NCBI GenBank assembly: GCA_030390025.1
Contig: CM059435.1
Span: 14,818,001-14,882,000, forward strand
Length of the DNA stretch: 64,000 nucleotides
Direction: 5' to 3'
Origin: Squalus acanthias
Taxonomy: Eukaryota
In this document: piece by piece, positions 12,187 through 25,016 of the stretch
How positions within the stretch are numbered: position 1 is the stretch's first letter
Layout of the letters: every line of letters begins with the position of its first letter
The notes under the pieces: generated by a model
Seen by the model: only the letters and a program-made list of their open reading frames with translations
What the model was told of the DNA's origin: nothing
Database searches by the model: none
Made by a program: the position numbers and the translations under genes

Positions 12187-13870
12187 CATAGAATTGCATA
12201 GAAATTACAATATGGAAGCAGACCATTTGGCCCAACCAGTCCATGTTTGTGTTTATCCTCCATGTGATTGGTAGTCCTAGTTCCATGTGCCTGTTCTGTT
12301 CCCATATCCCTTTATTCCCCTTTCCTTCAACCACCTATCTAACCTATTCTTAAGTGTTGGACATGGTCTCTGCTTCATTCACTAACTCGAGTAGTGCATT
12401 CCACAGCCTCACAACTCTCTGTGTAAAAAGAAAAAAAGAGTTTCCTTTGCTCTTTGTCCTAAATCTTACATTTAATCTTGTATGTATGTCCCCTAGTTCT
12501 AAGATCCCCCAACCACTGGAAAAGGTCTGTTTCTATTAACTCTAATTTAAAAAAATGTAAACACATATAAAATCATCCTTTAATCTCCTTTGTTCTAACA
12601 TAGCCTCAATTTTGTCATGTCTTTCTTCATATTTGTATTTCTTCATACCAGGCAGCAACCCTGTGAATCTGCAATGTACTCTCACTATTGCATCAACATC
12701 CTTCCGACAGTGTGGAGCCCAAAACTACACACCGTACTCCCAACTATGGGCTTACTACGGTTTTATAGATTCGCCATTACATCTTGACTTCTATATTCTA
12801 TGGGGGAGAAATTGAGTCGTGCCCCATTTGGGGCGCTAACTTCGCCGGGGCGCTACTTTTTAAAATATAGCGCCCCCACGGCCGAAATTGAGCGGTAGCG
12901 CCCCAAGACGGAAGCGGGGCACTACTGGAAGCGCTCCGCCTCACTCTTGGGGCGCTGTGAGGGTATTGCAGGCCTTCCTCCCCTTCTTAAAGGGGAGGGG
13001 CCTTGCGCAGTGCGACCCGGGGCCCAGCTGGGCCACTGGGGATTGGAGTGCCGGCAAAAGGGCCCGGCACTCAAGAGAAGTGCCGGGCTCATGGAGCGCA
13101 GCTGGCACTCCGCAGGGGGCGGGTCAGGAGGCCGGGGGCGGGAGCGGAGGCAGGTGCTAGCAGGTGGCCAGCAACAAAAATGGCCACCTGGCACCTCGCC
13201 TTTAAATAGCGCTGCCCCGGCCGCAGGCAGGCCCCCCATATCCTGTTGGACATAGCATCCAGCGGTAAGTCAGGGGGCGCTACCGAAGATTGCGGCCGGG
13301 GCGCGAGCGGGGCTCTGCGCACGGCGATGACATCATCGCTCGCAGCGCCGCAGGGTGCTAACAGTTAGCGCCGTCGCTAATCTCCCGCTGAATTTCACAG
13401 GAGGCGTTGGCGGCGCTGCGCCCGGGCGCTAGTTGCTTTGCGCCCCGTTAGCGCCCTCTTAAGGCGCTAATGGGAGGCGCAAAGCAACCGAATTTTTCCC
13501 CCTATATCTTTTTCCATAAAACCCAGTATTCCATTAGTATTTTTATGACCTTGTCCACTTGAGCTGTTGCTTTTAACGTCTTGTGAACCTGAACCTCCAA
13601 ATCCATTTGCTCTTTCACATCACTCCGCTTTCCTCCATTCAAAGTATAATTATTGCCTTTTATTATCAAAATGTACCACCTCACATTTATTGACATTGAA
13701 TTACATTTGCCACTTTTTTGCCTAATCCACCATCTTATCAATAGCCCCCTTGCTGCTTCTTTTGGTCCTCAGAATTCTTACTATGCCTCCTATTTTAGTA
13801 TTATCTGCAAGATTGGACATCACTCTCTCTAGCCCTATATACAAATCATTGATGTACACAATGAACTGAA
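12187..13870 (-). mobile_element. Old degraded CR1 3' fragment split by a MITE at 12802-13502
   Basis: CR1 tail (catagaa repeats) near 12187; RT-like residues on minus strand either side of the GC-rich insert (ORF 13502-13741). Confidence 0.75.
12802..13502. mobile_element. Non-autonomous DNA transposon (PIF/Harbinger-like MITE), GC-rich
   Basis: TIRs GGGGGAGAAATT / AATTTTTCCCCC; TAT on both sides (12799-12801, 13503-13505); interrupts a CR1; related to 51201-51877. Confidence 0.8.
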
Positions 13871-15996
13871 GTAGCAAGCATCCAGTTTATGGCTGTAATT
13901 TATATGCTTCCTTGAATTGTAAATGCTTAAACCTGTAGTCTTGTTATGAATCAAGCTCATTCCAGACACCTTTTCTTGTGCTCAAATTAAAAGTCCAATT
14001 TCATAGTCAAGCTCTCGCTCCATATGAACTGAGATGATTTTATGCCTGAAATAATCTGGTTTAACAGGCCACAGGGCAAACAATTAACTCTTTTTACCAT
14101 TGGGTAGGCACCAAAAAAAGGTACGAGATCTCGCTGTATATTGTACCATATTTTCAGGCTAAAAATGAAAACAATATTAGAACAAAGCACGGATTTATAA
14201 AAATTTATTGAAGCACAGATTTATTTAAGCTGGATTATAATCCTTCATGTAACTATGTCTCTTCCAAAACAGTAAAGTGAAAGATGCTTTATTACTTCTC
14301 TGAAATATTTGAACAAGTTGTCTCCTTGATGCACTATTTTTACCCAAGAAAGACAGCACTTCAATGCTTCATTAAACAAGTGTTACCATTTTGAATTATA
14401 TCTTCTGGTTTACTTTTGATGTTGAGCTGATACAAAGGAAGCTCAAAAGGTATCCTACAGAATTAAATAAACCTGTTAAAGTAGGCTTGAGAGGCATCCA
14501 AGTGGTCTCTCAGAAAGAGGACCAGCAAATTGCAATAAATCAGTAGAAAGCAGAGCTCCAAGGCTGGTAATTAGGACCTTCTGTTGAGGCAAGATGTCAA
14601 AGCTAATGTTCCTTCAAAGGCCTAGTGCAATAGCAAATGTGTGAAGGTCACAGCCCAGTGATCAGTATTAATAAAAAGCAATATTAATTGTTTCTATCAT
14701 TGGGTGGGTTGTGTGTTTTTTCTCACCCGTTAAAGGATTGCGTGAGAGAGCTCCGTGACTGAACTCAGTCTTGCATATTTCTTGAAATGAAAGATATCAA
14801 AGAAGAACAGGAACCCAAAGTCACACTAACTAAAAGCTATGAGCCATTGATTTTGAATTCCTTATGCAATTAATGCGTGTATTCTAGCAAAGTGGCCAGA
14901 ATACTGACATAACTACAACAGCCCCCACCCACCCACCAATCAAAGCATGTATATGATTCTTTATATTAAACAGAAGAGCCCTCTACTTTGTCATTACTTT
15001 GCACCCCTCCTCTTTCTCCACCCCTCCCCCCCTCCACCACCACCAAAAAGAAACAAAATGTAAAGGAAGGTTTATTTAAGATTATGTAGACTACACGAGG
15101 GTGCATCTATATTGTAATTGTAGAATCCACACTTGTACTGTAGCATTGTTGTGACGCAAAATGGCTTTGCATCATTGCTGGAATTGTAAGGTAAATACAA
15201 CCTAAATCCAAATTCTAATGTGATGAATATCTCTTGTCTATGCTGGTTGTAAGATTCAAAAGGAAAATGAGAACATTTCCTGCTCAGTACCAGTCATCAG
15301 TATTGATATATAAAATATTGATAATTTAGGAATAAATTGATTAACTTGAAAGGCCACAGGGATACCATTGTAAGAAATGGATATTTATTGTGGGTACAGT
15401 AGGATGTGGTGATTTCACTGTGGTGATGTGTTTTGATGCCATTTATATCATAGACTTGTACGTTTGACGAACTTTTGGAAATTACCACTTTTCCTGAACA
15501 CAGTGCCACATATTTCTGAGAGTTAAATACTGAGTCGATTATTTCCTTCAGCGGAGTTGACTGTAAAAAGTTAAACGGTAATTCCCTTATCTTCTCTTCC
15601 ACCCCCACCCCCCGTCAACACACACACAAATTGCCCATGTGTTTTTGATTCTTGTTAAAAGTATTTGCGCCAAGTATGAGTTTTTACCTGGAAAAGAAGA
15701 ATTCCCTCCCAAGAGCCTAGCTCAGCCACAGTGCTTTCTTTGGACTCTGTTACTGACAGATTTACACAAGAACGACTGCTGTAAAGTGCAAATGTTAAGT
15801 GATGCTCAGCTGTCAAGAGAGCAGAGATGACAATAGTTGTAAAAGCTGAATTAGTGTTGAACATCATGAACAATACTGTATTTTGTGTTCAGACAGAATT
15901 TCATGTAGAGAAGTGCCGGAAAATACGATAATAGAAAATGGTACAAACGAAAGAGCTTAGTTTTTATTATTAATCCATATAACTGTTACTTTTTAG

Positions 15997-16077
15997 ATGA
16001 TGGAAGCGATAAAGGGAACAATGACTGAAATCTACAATGATCTCTCCAGAAATAGTTCTGGAAGTACAATAGCAGAG
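15997..16077 (+). CDS. ZMYND8: ZMYND8 internal exon
   Basis: ctttttag|ATG; MMEAIKGTMTEIYNDLSRNSSGSTIAE; |gttagt; 81 nt. Confidence 0.96.
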
Positions 16078-16180
16078 GTTAGTCATTTGTGTCCAAATTG
16101 GAGTCTCACTGTTAAATAATGTCAGAGGTCATCAGCCAGCTGATCTGAATTGACTCTTTCTTTATTTTGTCATTTGGCAG

Positions 16181-16259
16181 ATTCGACGAATGAAAATTGA
16201 AATTGATAAACTGCAGTGGTTGCATCAGCAGGAGCTTGCTGAGATGAAACATAATCTTG
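16181..16259 (+). CDS. ZMYND8: ZMYND8 internal exon (coiled coil)
   Basis: catttggcag|ATT; [26 protein letters not shown](E); G|gtaaat; 79 nt. Confidence 0.97.
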
Positions 16260-16586
16260 GTAAATGTCACGAGTCAGTTTTGTGCTGCCTTCTCCTTTTT
16301 CTCTTTTTTAACTTGTTCAAAAAAAAAAAATTATTTTATTTTGCCCTGTCTGTGCCATACTTCATTACTCTGTGACGAGGGGTGTGCAGAAACCTATTTA
16401 TTAGCCACACCATGTGGGGATGAGGAGCCCAAAGTAAACTGGTTTCTCTTGTCCCTCATGAGAAATCTTGAGGCCTCAGTTTAGTGTCTTTCCCGAATGG
16501 CACAAATGAGATTGGGACTCGCGAATTATAGGCCCTTTTGACATTGTTTTTTTTTTGAGAATAAGATTCCCCTCCTAAAAGATATT

Positions 16587-16683
16587 GGGGTAGATTTTCA
16601 AATTGTTGCCCGGGCATAAAACTGGTGCCACAGATCACCCGCCTGATTTTCATTTCCTGGGTGACGAGTTGAAAATCTACTGC
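16587..16683. mobile_element. Very short MITE remnant
   Basis: Inverted ends GTAGATTTTCAA / TTGAAAATCTAC, similar to TIRs of 21790-22097. Confidence 0.5.
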
Positions 16684-17803
16684 ATTTTCTTCCCTTCCGT
16701 TTACTTGGGTCTCTTGCATTATGCAACATCCTTAAGAGACAGTACCAGGCAGACAACCTACTCTTGGGATCTGACAATGTAATTCTGAATATGGCTACCA
16801 GAAGGTGTGAGGGAGGAATAGAATTGGCTTTCCTTCTTTATTGGGAAGTATCTAGCCTCTGCTTGGCACCTCCTTATATAAAGACATTGAGATTAGTAAC
16901 TTTGTTATGTGGAGAATCAGTGTACATTGCCATCCTGTCACTTTGCAGCACAATGATGGATTTTAATGTGCTACAAGCAATCTCTTTTCCCCACCTCCTG
17001 TAACGTGATATGGGCAGGTGCTTTCCATTTGTTTTATGCATCATTGTAACCAAGTGGACAGGGAATAATGGATGCAGTCTTGTAAAGCTAGATTACTTTT
17101 GATTGTTTATGTTGTTGAAAGCTCAGTAGATCAAATTTGTGCAAAGGAATTCAAATGCACTTCTGGGATAAGCTTGACATTGTGTCATAAATGGGCTCCC
17201 AGGCTCTAAGATTGCTATTGTAGCACACCGACTTTTAAGGTCAGGTCATAAATGGCTTCAATCTAAATGCAATTAGAGTGATTTGGGAGCAAAATTTAGC
17301 CACGTCACTCTATCTGTGTTGTGCTGCAACTGTTATGTGTGACAAAATACAACTGGAACTCGAGGAGCTGCTTGCACTTCTGCCAAAGCATTATGTACTT
17401 CCCAAATATAAACTGAGATACCTATACACTTTGTAGTGTATTCTTCTATTTTGGTAAAATTGTTGGCCAGAAGTAGTCTCGGAGCAGATTTTGTACAGAA
17501 GCTCCTCTGTAGTCATGAACTGAAGTGGGATAGAGGCCTGTGACTAGTGCAGTTAATATATGATCTCAAAGAGTTTCACAGTCTCTTTTTGAAGGGGAGA
17601 TTCTGCCCAAAATGTTCACTCCGGGCCGCTTCTGGCTAGCAGCTTGAAAGTACAAAAGCAGAAGGACGGAGAATTGAGATAACATTAAATGTTTCGGTAT
17701 CTCCCTTTGTCGCAAAATCTTAAATGCTGCATCATTTATTTTTTTTAGAATGCTGTTCCCCTTCAATCCTTTGTTGGTCATTTTCTGAAAACAGTTTCTC
17801 TGA

Positions 17804-18061
<258 letters not shown>

Positions 18062-18673
18062 TAAGTGTCATAACTTAGACCCAGGCTCGAGCTTTCCAGC
18101 CTTTGGCATTGCTTTCAGCCTGAATTACCTCATTTTAGTACTGAACGTAGATGGAATGAATGTATGCATTCTTCTTTGTGAAAACGTATTCAAAAAAAGC
18201 GATTTTCTTCTTTTAAAAAAAAATGTTCAGCAAGCCTTTATCTTTGAAGAGGGAGAAGAGTTGTGCATCATTTTTGTCACAATGTTACTGGAGCACTGCT
18301 TATAAGAAGGGAAGTGTAGAATCATTCATCTCATTTGATTTCTATGCCACAATTATTGCAACAGTTTCAGTAATATAAATGGGGGTGTATTGTCTTTATC
18401 CTTTAAAAGTCCAAGCAACCACAGGCATAGAAGATTCAATTGTCTATAATCCCCAAATAATAACACTAGATATTAATCATTGAATACATTTTATCCATTA
18501 TGAAACAAATCCCCTGCTCTCCCCACTCTTCACTGTTAATGTCCAATATAAACTTCAGCTCATAAGATGGAGTCAAACCTAAATAAGACAATTGGCACCT
18601 CTCCAGGATTGCCTTTAAATTGCTGCAGTCAGTACAGCAGTTTGGTTTTAACAGATTTATCTTTTGATTGTAG

Positions 18674-18831
18674 CCACTGCTACTCAGCAGGAGACTGAAT
18701 CAGAAGTGAACTCCGATGCATTAAATAAAAATGCACAGCAAGCCCCTACCGTCCAGCAGTCACCATCAGAGACCAAAGCCAGCCAAAACGACAAGGACCC
18801 CAGCACAGATAAAAGCAAGGAAAATGTCACA
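18674..18831 (+). CDS. ZMYND8: ZMYND8 post-MYND exon
   Basis: gattgtag|CC; (A)TATQQETESEVNSDALNK...DKSKENVT; |gtaagt; 158 nt, phase 1 to 0. Confidence 0.93.
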
Positions 18832-19614
18832 GTAAGTAGTGCCTGGTTACTTTAGTCAACAAAACCCTTCCTCCAGACACTTCAGACCTGCAGTATTCAC
18901 AGTATTCATTGAATATCTTGTGTTTATTTTCAAATCTATTCTCATTTAAGGACGTAGCTCAGATAAGTGAAGCAACCACAGTGCAAATCTAGTGGCATTT
19001 GGCGAAACTTATCTTTTTTTTTCTGGACCAATGTGTTGTCAATCCAAATTCACTGGCCATCAAATGTTGCAATGCTAGTTTAGTCCAGCTTCCTACTGGA
19101 GGGTGGTTGAAGAAGTGCCTCTACTGACCACTTTGAAATCCTTTACTAATGTTTTTTTTTTCAGCGTCACATATGCTTCTGACCATCTTGTTTCACATTG
19201 TGCTCTTAAACCATTACTTTGTTTGCTTTTCATAGATCATGCTCTTTTTCTGTTACATAGATTCAAATAGAAACCCATGTTGCAGCGTCAACTCTTGCCA
19301 AATTGACAAAGGAAACTATATACAGTTGCATTTTAAATAATTAGCTCCTTGTTTGCATGTTGAACAAGATAGCAAGACTTGTATTCCTCTGTTTCAAGGA
19401 CCCACTTGTAGAGACTTGATACAAATCTTCATCTAACTCCAGTTTAGGCTGGACAAAGGCCAGTTTACTTTATCAGCGGATGAGTCTTTTCTAGCATTAT
19501 TTTAGAAACTGGCTTAATTCCGGCATCATATTTCTAGTCAAGGCTAGATTTCCCTTGGATTCAGTATCAGTATTTTTTTCCTTTGCTCACCAGTTATCTC
19601 TGCCAATTTTTGTT

Positions 19615-20075
19615 TCCTCCCTTCCTCTCCTGAAGGCATTGTTTCCTTGCTGTGGTCTGATTGCTCAGATACCAGGCTCTCTCCAATACCTTGATTTAAG
19701 TGTGAGAAGTCGCACAACACCAGGTTATAGTCCAACAGCTTTATTTGAAATCACCAAGCTTTCGGAGCGCTGCTCCTTCTTACCTGACGAAGGAGCAGCG
19801 CTCCGAAAGCTTGTGATTTCAAATAAAGCTGTTGAACTATAACCTGGTGTTGTGTGACTTCTCACATTTGTCCACCCCAGTCCAACACCGGCATCTCCGC
19901 ATCATGATTTAAGTGGTCATTCCTCAAATGTAAACCTCTACAGTGAAGGTCAGCAAACTATGTTAACCATATTATCAGGGGCATCTCGACTGAGTCTAAT
20001 CATGCCTTCACACTCCCTGCCTGACACTCGTACATGCACTTCCAGCAGGACTCGCTGCCCTAACCAGCTGAGCCA
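19615..20075 (-). mobile_element. Old SINE-like repeat (family of 2425-2780) split by a Penelope-like insert
   Basis: cctctcctgaaggcattg at left and ttccagcagga at right, interrupted at 19703-19904. Confidence 0.55.
19703..19904 (+). mobile_element. Penelope-like terminal element: inverted repeat with a minimal hammerhead motif
   Basis: ~78-bp inverted arms 19701-19779 and 19789-19866; CTGACGA-A-GGAGC-agc-GCTCC-GAAA-GCTT core; 11-bp TSD TGATTTAAGTG (19692-19702, 19905-19915). Confidence 0.8.
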
Positions 20076-20576
20076 CTTTCAGATTTTGAAATCAACCCAA
20101 TAGAAAACTGTTCTTCCGAAGTGTACTGATGTAAATATTCTCCAAACGGCAAGTTTCTGATCTCCATCATCTCGTCAGAGTGGAGGCCCGGAACTTGCCC
20201 AAAGGGCAGGAGGGCAAATCAGTAGGCAAATAAACTGAGCTGTACTCGTGTACCTTTGAGCAGGTCACCTGCCCTTCCTGTCAGAAGCGATTGGTCAGAG
20301 GATATGGATACCTTTTAGGTGATTTCATAATATTTATAAGGAATTTTGTCTTGAGGAATGGAACACTTTTTGTCCACTTCAGGCACCAGTGTCAGCTTCA
20401 AGTAAAGATCAAGTAAAACAGGGACTAGAATCAGGGTAAAACTCCCTCTACTCTTCCTGCAATGGTAATTTCCCCCAAGAATCCCCCACTGCACCTGTAG
20501 GAATTATTTTTCCTTATTTACCACAGTAACCATCGTTTGGCTTCTCTGAAGCAGGTTGAGACTATCTCAGACTTAG

Positions 20577-21343
20577 TGGCCCGGATTTTGTGGTAAGAAT
20601 AACAGTGAGGCTATCAGCGCTCACCATGGAGTAAATCAGACAGCAACTTCCAGCATCCGCACAAGCCCAACAAAACACAGAAATCAGGAAGTTGCTGTCC
20701 GAGTTGCCCTGCTCCTCCACAAGCTTCGCTACACTGGTACCTTGCCGTTAGATTCAGCAATGAAACACATGAAGGGCGTGAAGTTGCGATGCTTAAGCAC
20801 TAGATACTCACTAAACACGGCTGCAAAATTTAAGGCTGGTGCATTTAAATATAAGTGAATGTTTGATGGCATGATTCAGTCTTATTTACTACCAAACAAC
20901 CAACTGGCACTGAAAATTTACTTTTACAAGTGTGGAGTCTCATTCCATCAGATTTTAATTATTGTTGGAGTTTTTTTTTAAATTAAATCATTTTTTAATT
21001 TTTCTTTCTGTCTCTTTTATCACTCTCTCTTAATCCCATCTTTCTTTCCCTCTCTTTATTTTGCTTTCTGTACATGATTTTACAATCAGTTAAATGTTCT
21101 AACTTCCTGGTTTAAACTCTGCGTGTCTCAGTAAGAATTCTTCAATCTGATTGTTTGAAGAGACATGCTGTTGCTTGGCCTACTCACACACACCACAGAT
21201 CCCCTGTAGAGTGCGCCGAGCTGAAATGGCTCTCCAATTACCGTAAATTGCCGTGCAAAAGCCTACTAAAAGTCTGTAGGCAGCTGTAAGTGTAGTGAAT
21301 GGCGAGCGCTGTTTGTTCACTGCTGACTGCAGAATCCGGGCCA
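20577..21343. mobile_element. MITE-like DNA transposon
   Basis: Inverted ends TGGCCCGGATTTTG / CAGAATCCGGGCCA. Confidence 0.7.
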
Positions 21344-21789
21344 TTTTATATAATTGGACTCTTGCAGCAGAGAGAGAAAAATAAAAATAATTTCATCCCA
21401 ACAGTCTGAGCTGGATTACACCTATGTTCCAGAGGTGAAAGGACAAAGTATTAACCTACTGCATCATCCAGTTCTCTTTCTCCTTACCAACCCTGAGTTA
21501 CTGGATATGTAAAGAAAGAAGCACAAAATAGGTGGAGCAATAGGGTGGAGCAATAAGTTCTGTATATCTTCCTATTTGTCACATCTATTTCCTGTTATTA
21601 CCTAGAGGTGTAACACCTGCTTCTATTATTTTAATCGGAGTGAATATTGATCGGGAATGACCACTTCCATTTTGGGACACAAAACTGCTGCTTTTAAGTA
21701 CTTACACCACAGGCACTGTGATGTGTCGCCCGGATCCACCTACCATTGTGGCTTGTTACAACGAACTCCGCTTAAAAAAAAAAACATAC

Positions 21790-22097
21790 TGGGGGTAATT
21801 TTCAACATACCGCTGGACCTTAAAACTGGCGTTGCGGGTTAGCAACCCATTATAGACACCCCCCGACTTTCCTTTCCTTTGATTTTAATGGAGAAGAAAA
21901 TTGGGAGCTGTCTGTAACTGATGCCCAACCCACCATGCCAATGTTACGCTCCAGTGGTAACGACGACGACAACTTTTATTTATGTAGCGCCTTTAATGTA
22001 GTAACATGTCCCAAGGTGCTTTGCAGGAGCATTATCAAACAAAATTTGACACCGAGCCACATAAGGAGATCTTAGGATAAGTTGAAAATGACCCCCA
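21790..22097. mobile_element. MITE containing an L2 3' tail (~21960-22080, minus)
   Basis: TIRs TGGGGGTAATTTTCAAC / GTTGAAAATGACCCCCA; internal segment matches the L2 tail at 3701-3820. Confidence 0.7.
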
Positions 22098-22693
22098 CAC
22101 CATTTCCTGCCACTAACCATGAGCAAGGCCACAGGAGATTCTCTAGTGGTATAAAAAGTTACAAAGTAATAACTTTGTAGTTCAAATCTGCTATAGATTC
22201 TGAAGAGTAAAACAAAAACAGACCAAGGCTGCCTCGGAGTAACACGACCGGCATGAAGACCTGCAGTCTTTGAAGGAAATCACTCACTCTTCTAAATAAA
22301 AGTGGAATATCAATCATTATTGTTGAAAACAGACAGCAATATCTGATTCAAGACCCTAATTATGTAGCTAGGCTACGATTGAGGAAGAAAAATGAATAGT
22401 AGGAGAGGCAAGCTGAAATTGTCGATAATCAAAATGGAAAAGCTGAATTAACATTAAAGTTAACTCACTGAAGCTTTTACAGAATTTCTAAATTTCCAGC
22501 AATCCAAAAAGCGAGCTTCTGGCTGAAGAAGGAAGCTGCAGTTTGTTGATTTAAATGCACTTTATTCTACATGCAAGCTGCTCTCCTAAATTAAAGTAGA
22601 ATATTAAAACCGAGAGCAGTAACTCCAGTTTATACAGACACATATTCATAAAACCTTGCATTTAAAGTTCTCTCTGTAATACTGTCACTGCAG

Positions 22694-22786
22694 ATAGGAG
22701 CAGGTGTGACCAGCAAACAGCCTATTAAACTGGTCCAGGCCCAGCCACAGACAGCCACCTACATTCCAACAACTCAACCCACAATC
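22694..22786 (+). CDS. ZMYND8: Probable ZMYND8 penultimate (possibly alternative) exon
   Basis: ctgtcactgcag|ATA...ATC|gtaagt; 93 nt open in phase 0 (IGAGVTSKQPIKLVQAQPQTATYIPTTQPTI); +1 frame DRSRCDQQTAY* resembles the recalled human alternative exon VSKRCDKQPAY. Confidence 0.75.
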
Positions 22787-24117
22787 GTAAGTACAACCAT
22801 TTACCAACTAAACAGATCTTGGCAAATGGAGAGAAAAATAAAATATCACCTAATTTAAAGCTGAGAAAAAATTCTGTACATAACCCACGAGCTGAAGGTG
22901 CTGCTTCAAGCAGTCTCCTTTAGACTGGTCAGTGCTTCCTAAATTGCAACAACCTCTGTTTTCATTTGGTTGGACATAACATCCTTGCACCTTTTAGAAT
23001 AATTCACTGAAACTTCACCGACCATCAGTCACTGTTCCATCTGCTTAGCATCTGTTGTTGAAGGTTCAGGTGATGTAGATCCTCTCTGTGTTCTGTTGGG
23101 TTCATTTACACATGCCAAGTATTCTTGGCAATCCATGTGTCCTGTCATACCAACCTTAGCTGCTTCAGAAACTAGTTAGAGGACGTTGCACATGACATGA
23201 GTACAGTAAATAGGTTGTACACCCTCCTAACATGAAAATCCATCTGTTTTCCACCAAATTAGTTAAAAATAAAATAGTGTTTAAGTCTAGATGGAACCAT
23301 TTAAACGTTGATTCTTGCCAAATGTTGTTAATTGTAATAATTCTACAAATGTGTATGTGTCTTTGGGATGTTAACATGGAGCTGACGATATTTGTTTACC
23401 TTCCAATACCAAAAAATACTCCTCCTATTTCTGAAAGCTCAGATTCGAGTGAAAGCTATTTCACTTGACATTTTTTAACACACTCTCTCATCCTAATTTT
23501 TTTTTTAACCCAGCAAGCCCTTCATTAGAACAGTAAGGGCAAAGGCAGAGCTGATCTGTTGTGGAGTTTGTGTATTACGAGAGACATCACCGTGGGCCTG
23601 TTCTTGCATCTTTTCTCCAGCGCATTTATGTAGTGGTTTTCTTGTACCACCTCTGTAATAGAGCATTGCAATTAGGATCTAAGCTCTAATGGGGAGGGTG
23701 ACGTAGATGCTGCTGCTTTTCCCGTTTTAACGTTAAAGAGTGCATTTTGGTTCAACTCTGAGGCATTGCACCTATTGTTGATGATTAGTGGTGTTCAGGT
23801 GTCACTTTAGAGCTCTCTTTCTGCGCAGAGAATGTCCAGAGGATTCAGTTTACCAACACAAAGTTGAAATTCGCCTTCAGGTAAGCCAAATGGTTCTACA
23901 ACAAGTGATTCTTGGCACATTTACTGCTTCAAAGAAGTATGCCCCCACTCTCCTGTTCTATTATACTTCTATCTGGCAATGTGATAGGGAAAATCTTAGT
24001 GATTCCTCTACACTGAATGCAGTATTGGAAGTAACAAAGTGTAGCTGGATTAATTTTTACTTTAAAAATAAAGTATATTTTATTGAGTTTTGGTATACAC
24101 AGTATAAGAATTTGAAA

Positions 24118-24250
24118 AAGCAAAATACAGCGGATGCTGGAAATCTGAAATAAAAACAGAAAATGCTTGAAATAAAAACAGAAAATGCTGGAAACAATCA
24201 GCAGATCTGTGGAAAGAGAAACAGAGTTAACATTTCAGGTCGATGACTAA
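24118..24250 (-). mobile_element. Penelope-like terminal repeat fragment
   Basis: gcaaaatacagcggatgctggaaatctgaaataaaaacagaaaatgc...gagttaacatttcaggtcgatgac; matches 35608 and 54555 copies; small internal duplication. Confidence 0.7.
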
Positions 24251-25016
24251 GAATTTGCAAATTATTTTCCTTTTTTTCCCTATATGGAACATATTGTGTC
24301 AAGTGAGGATGTTGCATTGTGAATGAGTCTGAATTTGCTGTGTAAGCCTGTTCCCTGACACTGGCTCACTCACTATCTCCCTTCCTTCCTTCCCCGTCTT
24401 GTTTATGGAGTGATGCCTCAGAGTTAAGGTATATCCCCAGTCTTGTGATTCCGTTGCCCTCTCTGCGTCTGCACCAAATGCCCTTTTTGGTACTAGTTTG
24501 TGCTAGTGCCTTCCTCTTCTTTTTGTTGTTTCTCTGTAGTATTTGAAAAATGGAAATGATAGTGAGATGAGCTTGAGATGTTCCATGCATAGAGAAAACG
24601 GTGTATTCTCTGCTTGTGCACTTTTATCCATGTCCTATAGGACAAGGGGAGATGTTCAAACTATTAACAATTTGAAGAAGATGCAACTGTTTGCTGCAAA
24701 TACTAATCACAGTAGTTTACCCAATTTTGGAGGGAGTGGGGGTTGTGTGGAAGGAGAACAATGAGACTTGAAGAGGATGTCTGAGGGAAGCTCAGAACTG
24801 CGCAGTGGCTTCAGATCCACTTTGATTTTTGTAATTTGTAGTCCTAAATTTGATTTTTGTAGTCCTAAATTCCCTGATTACTGAGCATGTCCAGTTGATA
24901 TGAAAGAGGGTGGTCTCTACTTTTATGCAAGATCAGCAGCTATTTTTTTATACTGATAATGTATGTTTTGCATGCTGCTTTGGAGGGAGGTGGGTGTGCA
25001 AAAGAAACAATTTTCT

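Noticed and set aside
12888-13322. Overlapping GC-rich ORFs on both strands
   Set aside because: They lie inside a MITE; stop-poor by composition, with no recognisable domain
20383-20435. Exon-like segment ttcag|GCACCAGTG..TCAGG|gtaaaa
   Set aside because: 53 nt gives phase 2, which fits no downstream frame; no ZMYND8 similarity
23514-23532. Possible 19-nt frame-shifting microexon
   Set aside because: In-frame TAG in phase 0 and no supporting homology
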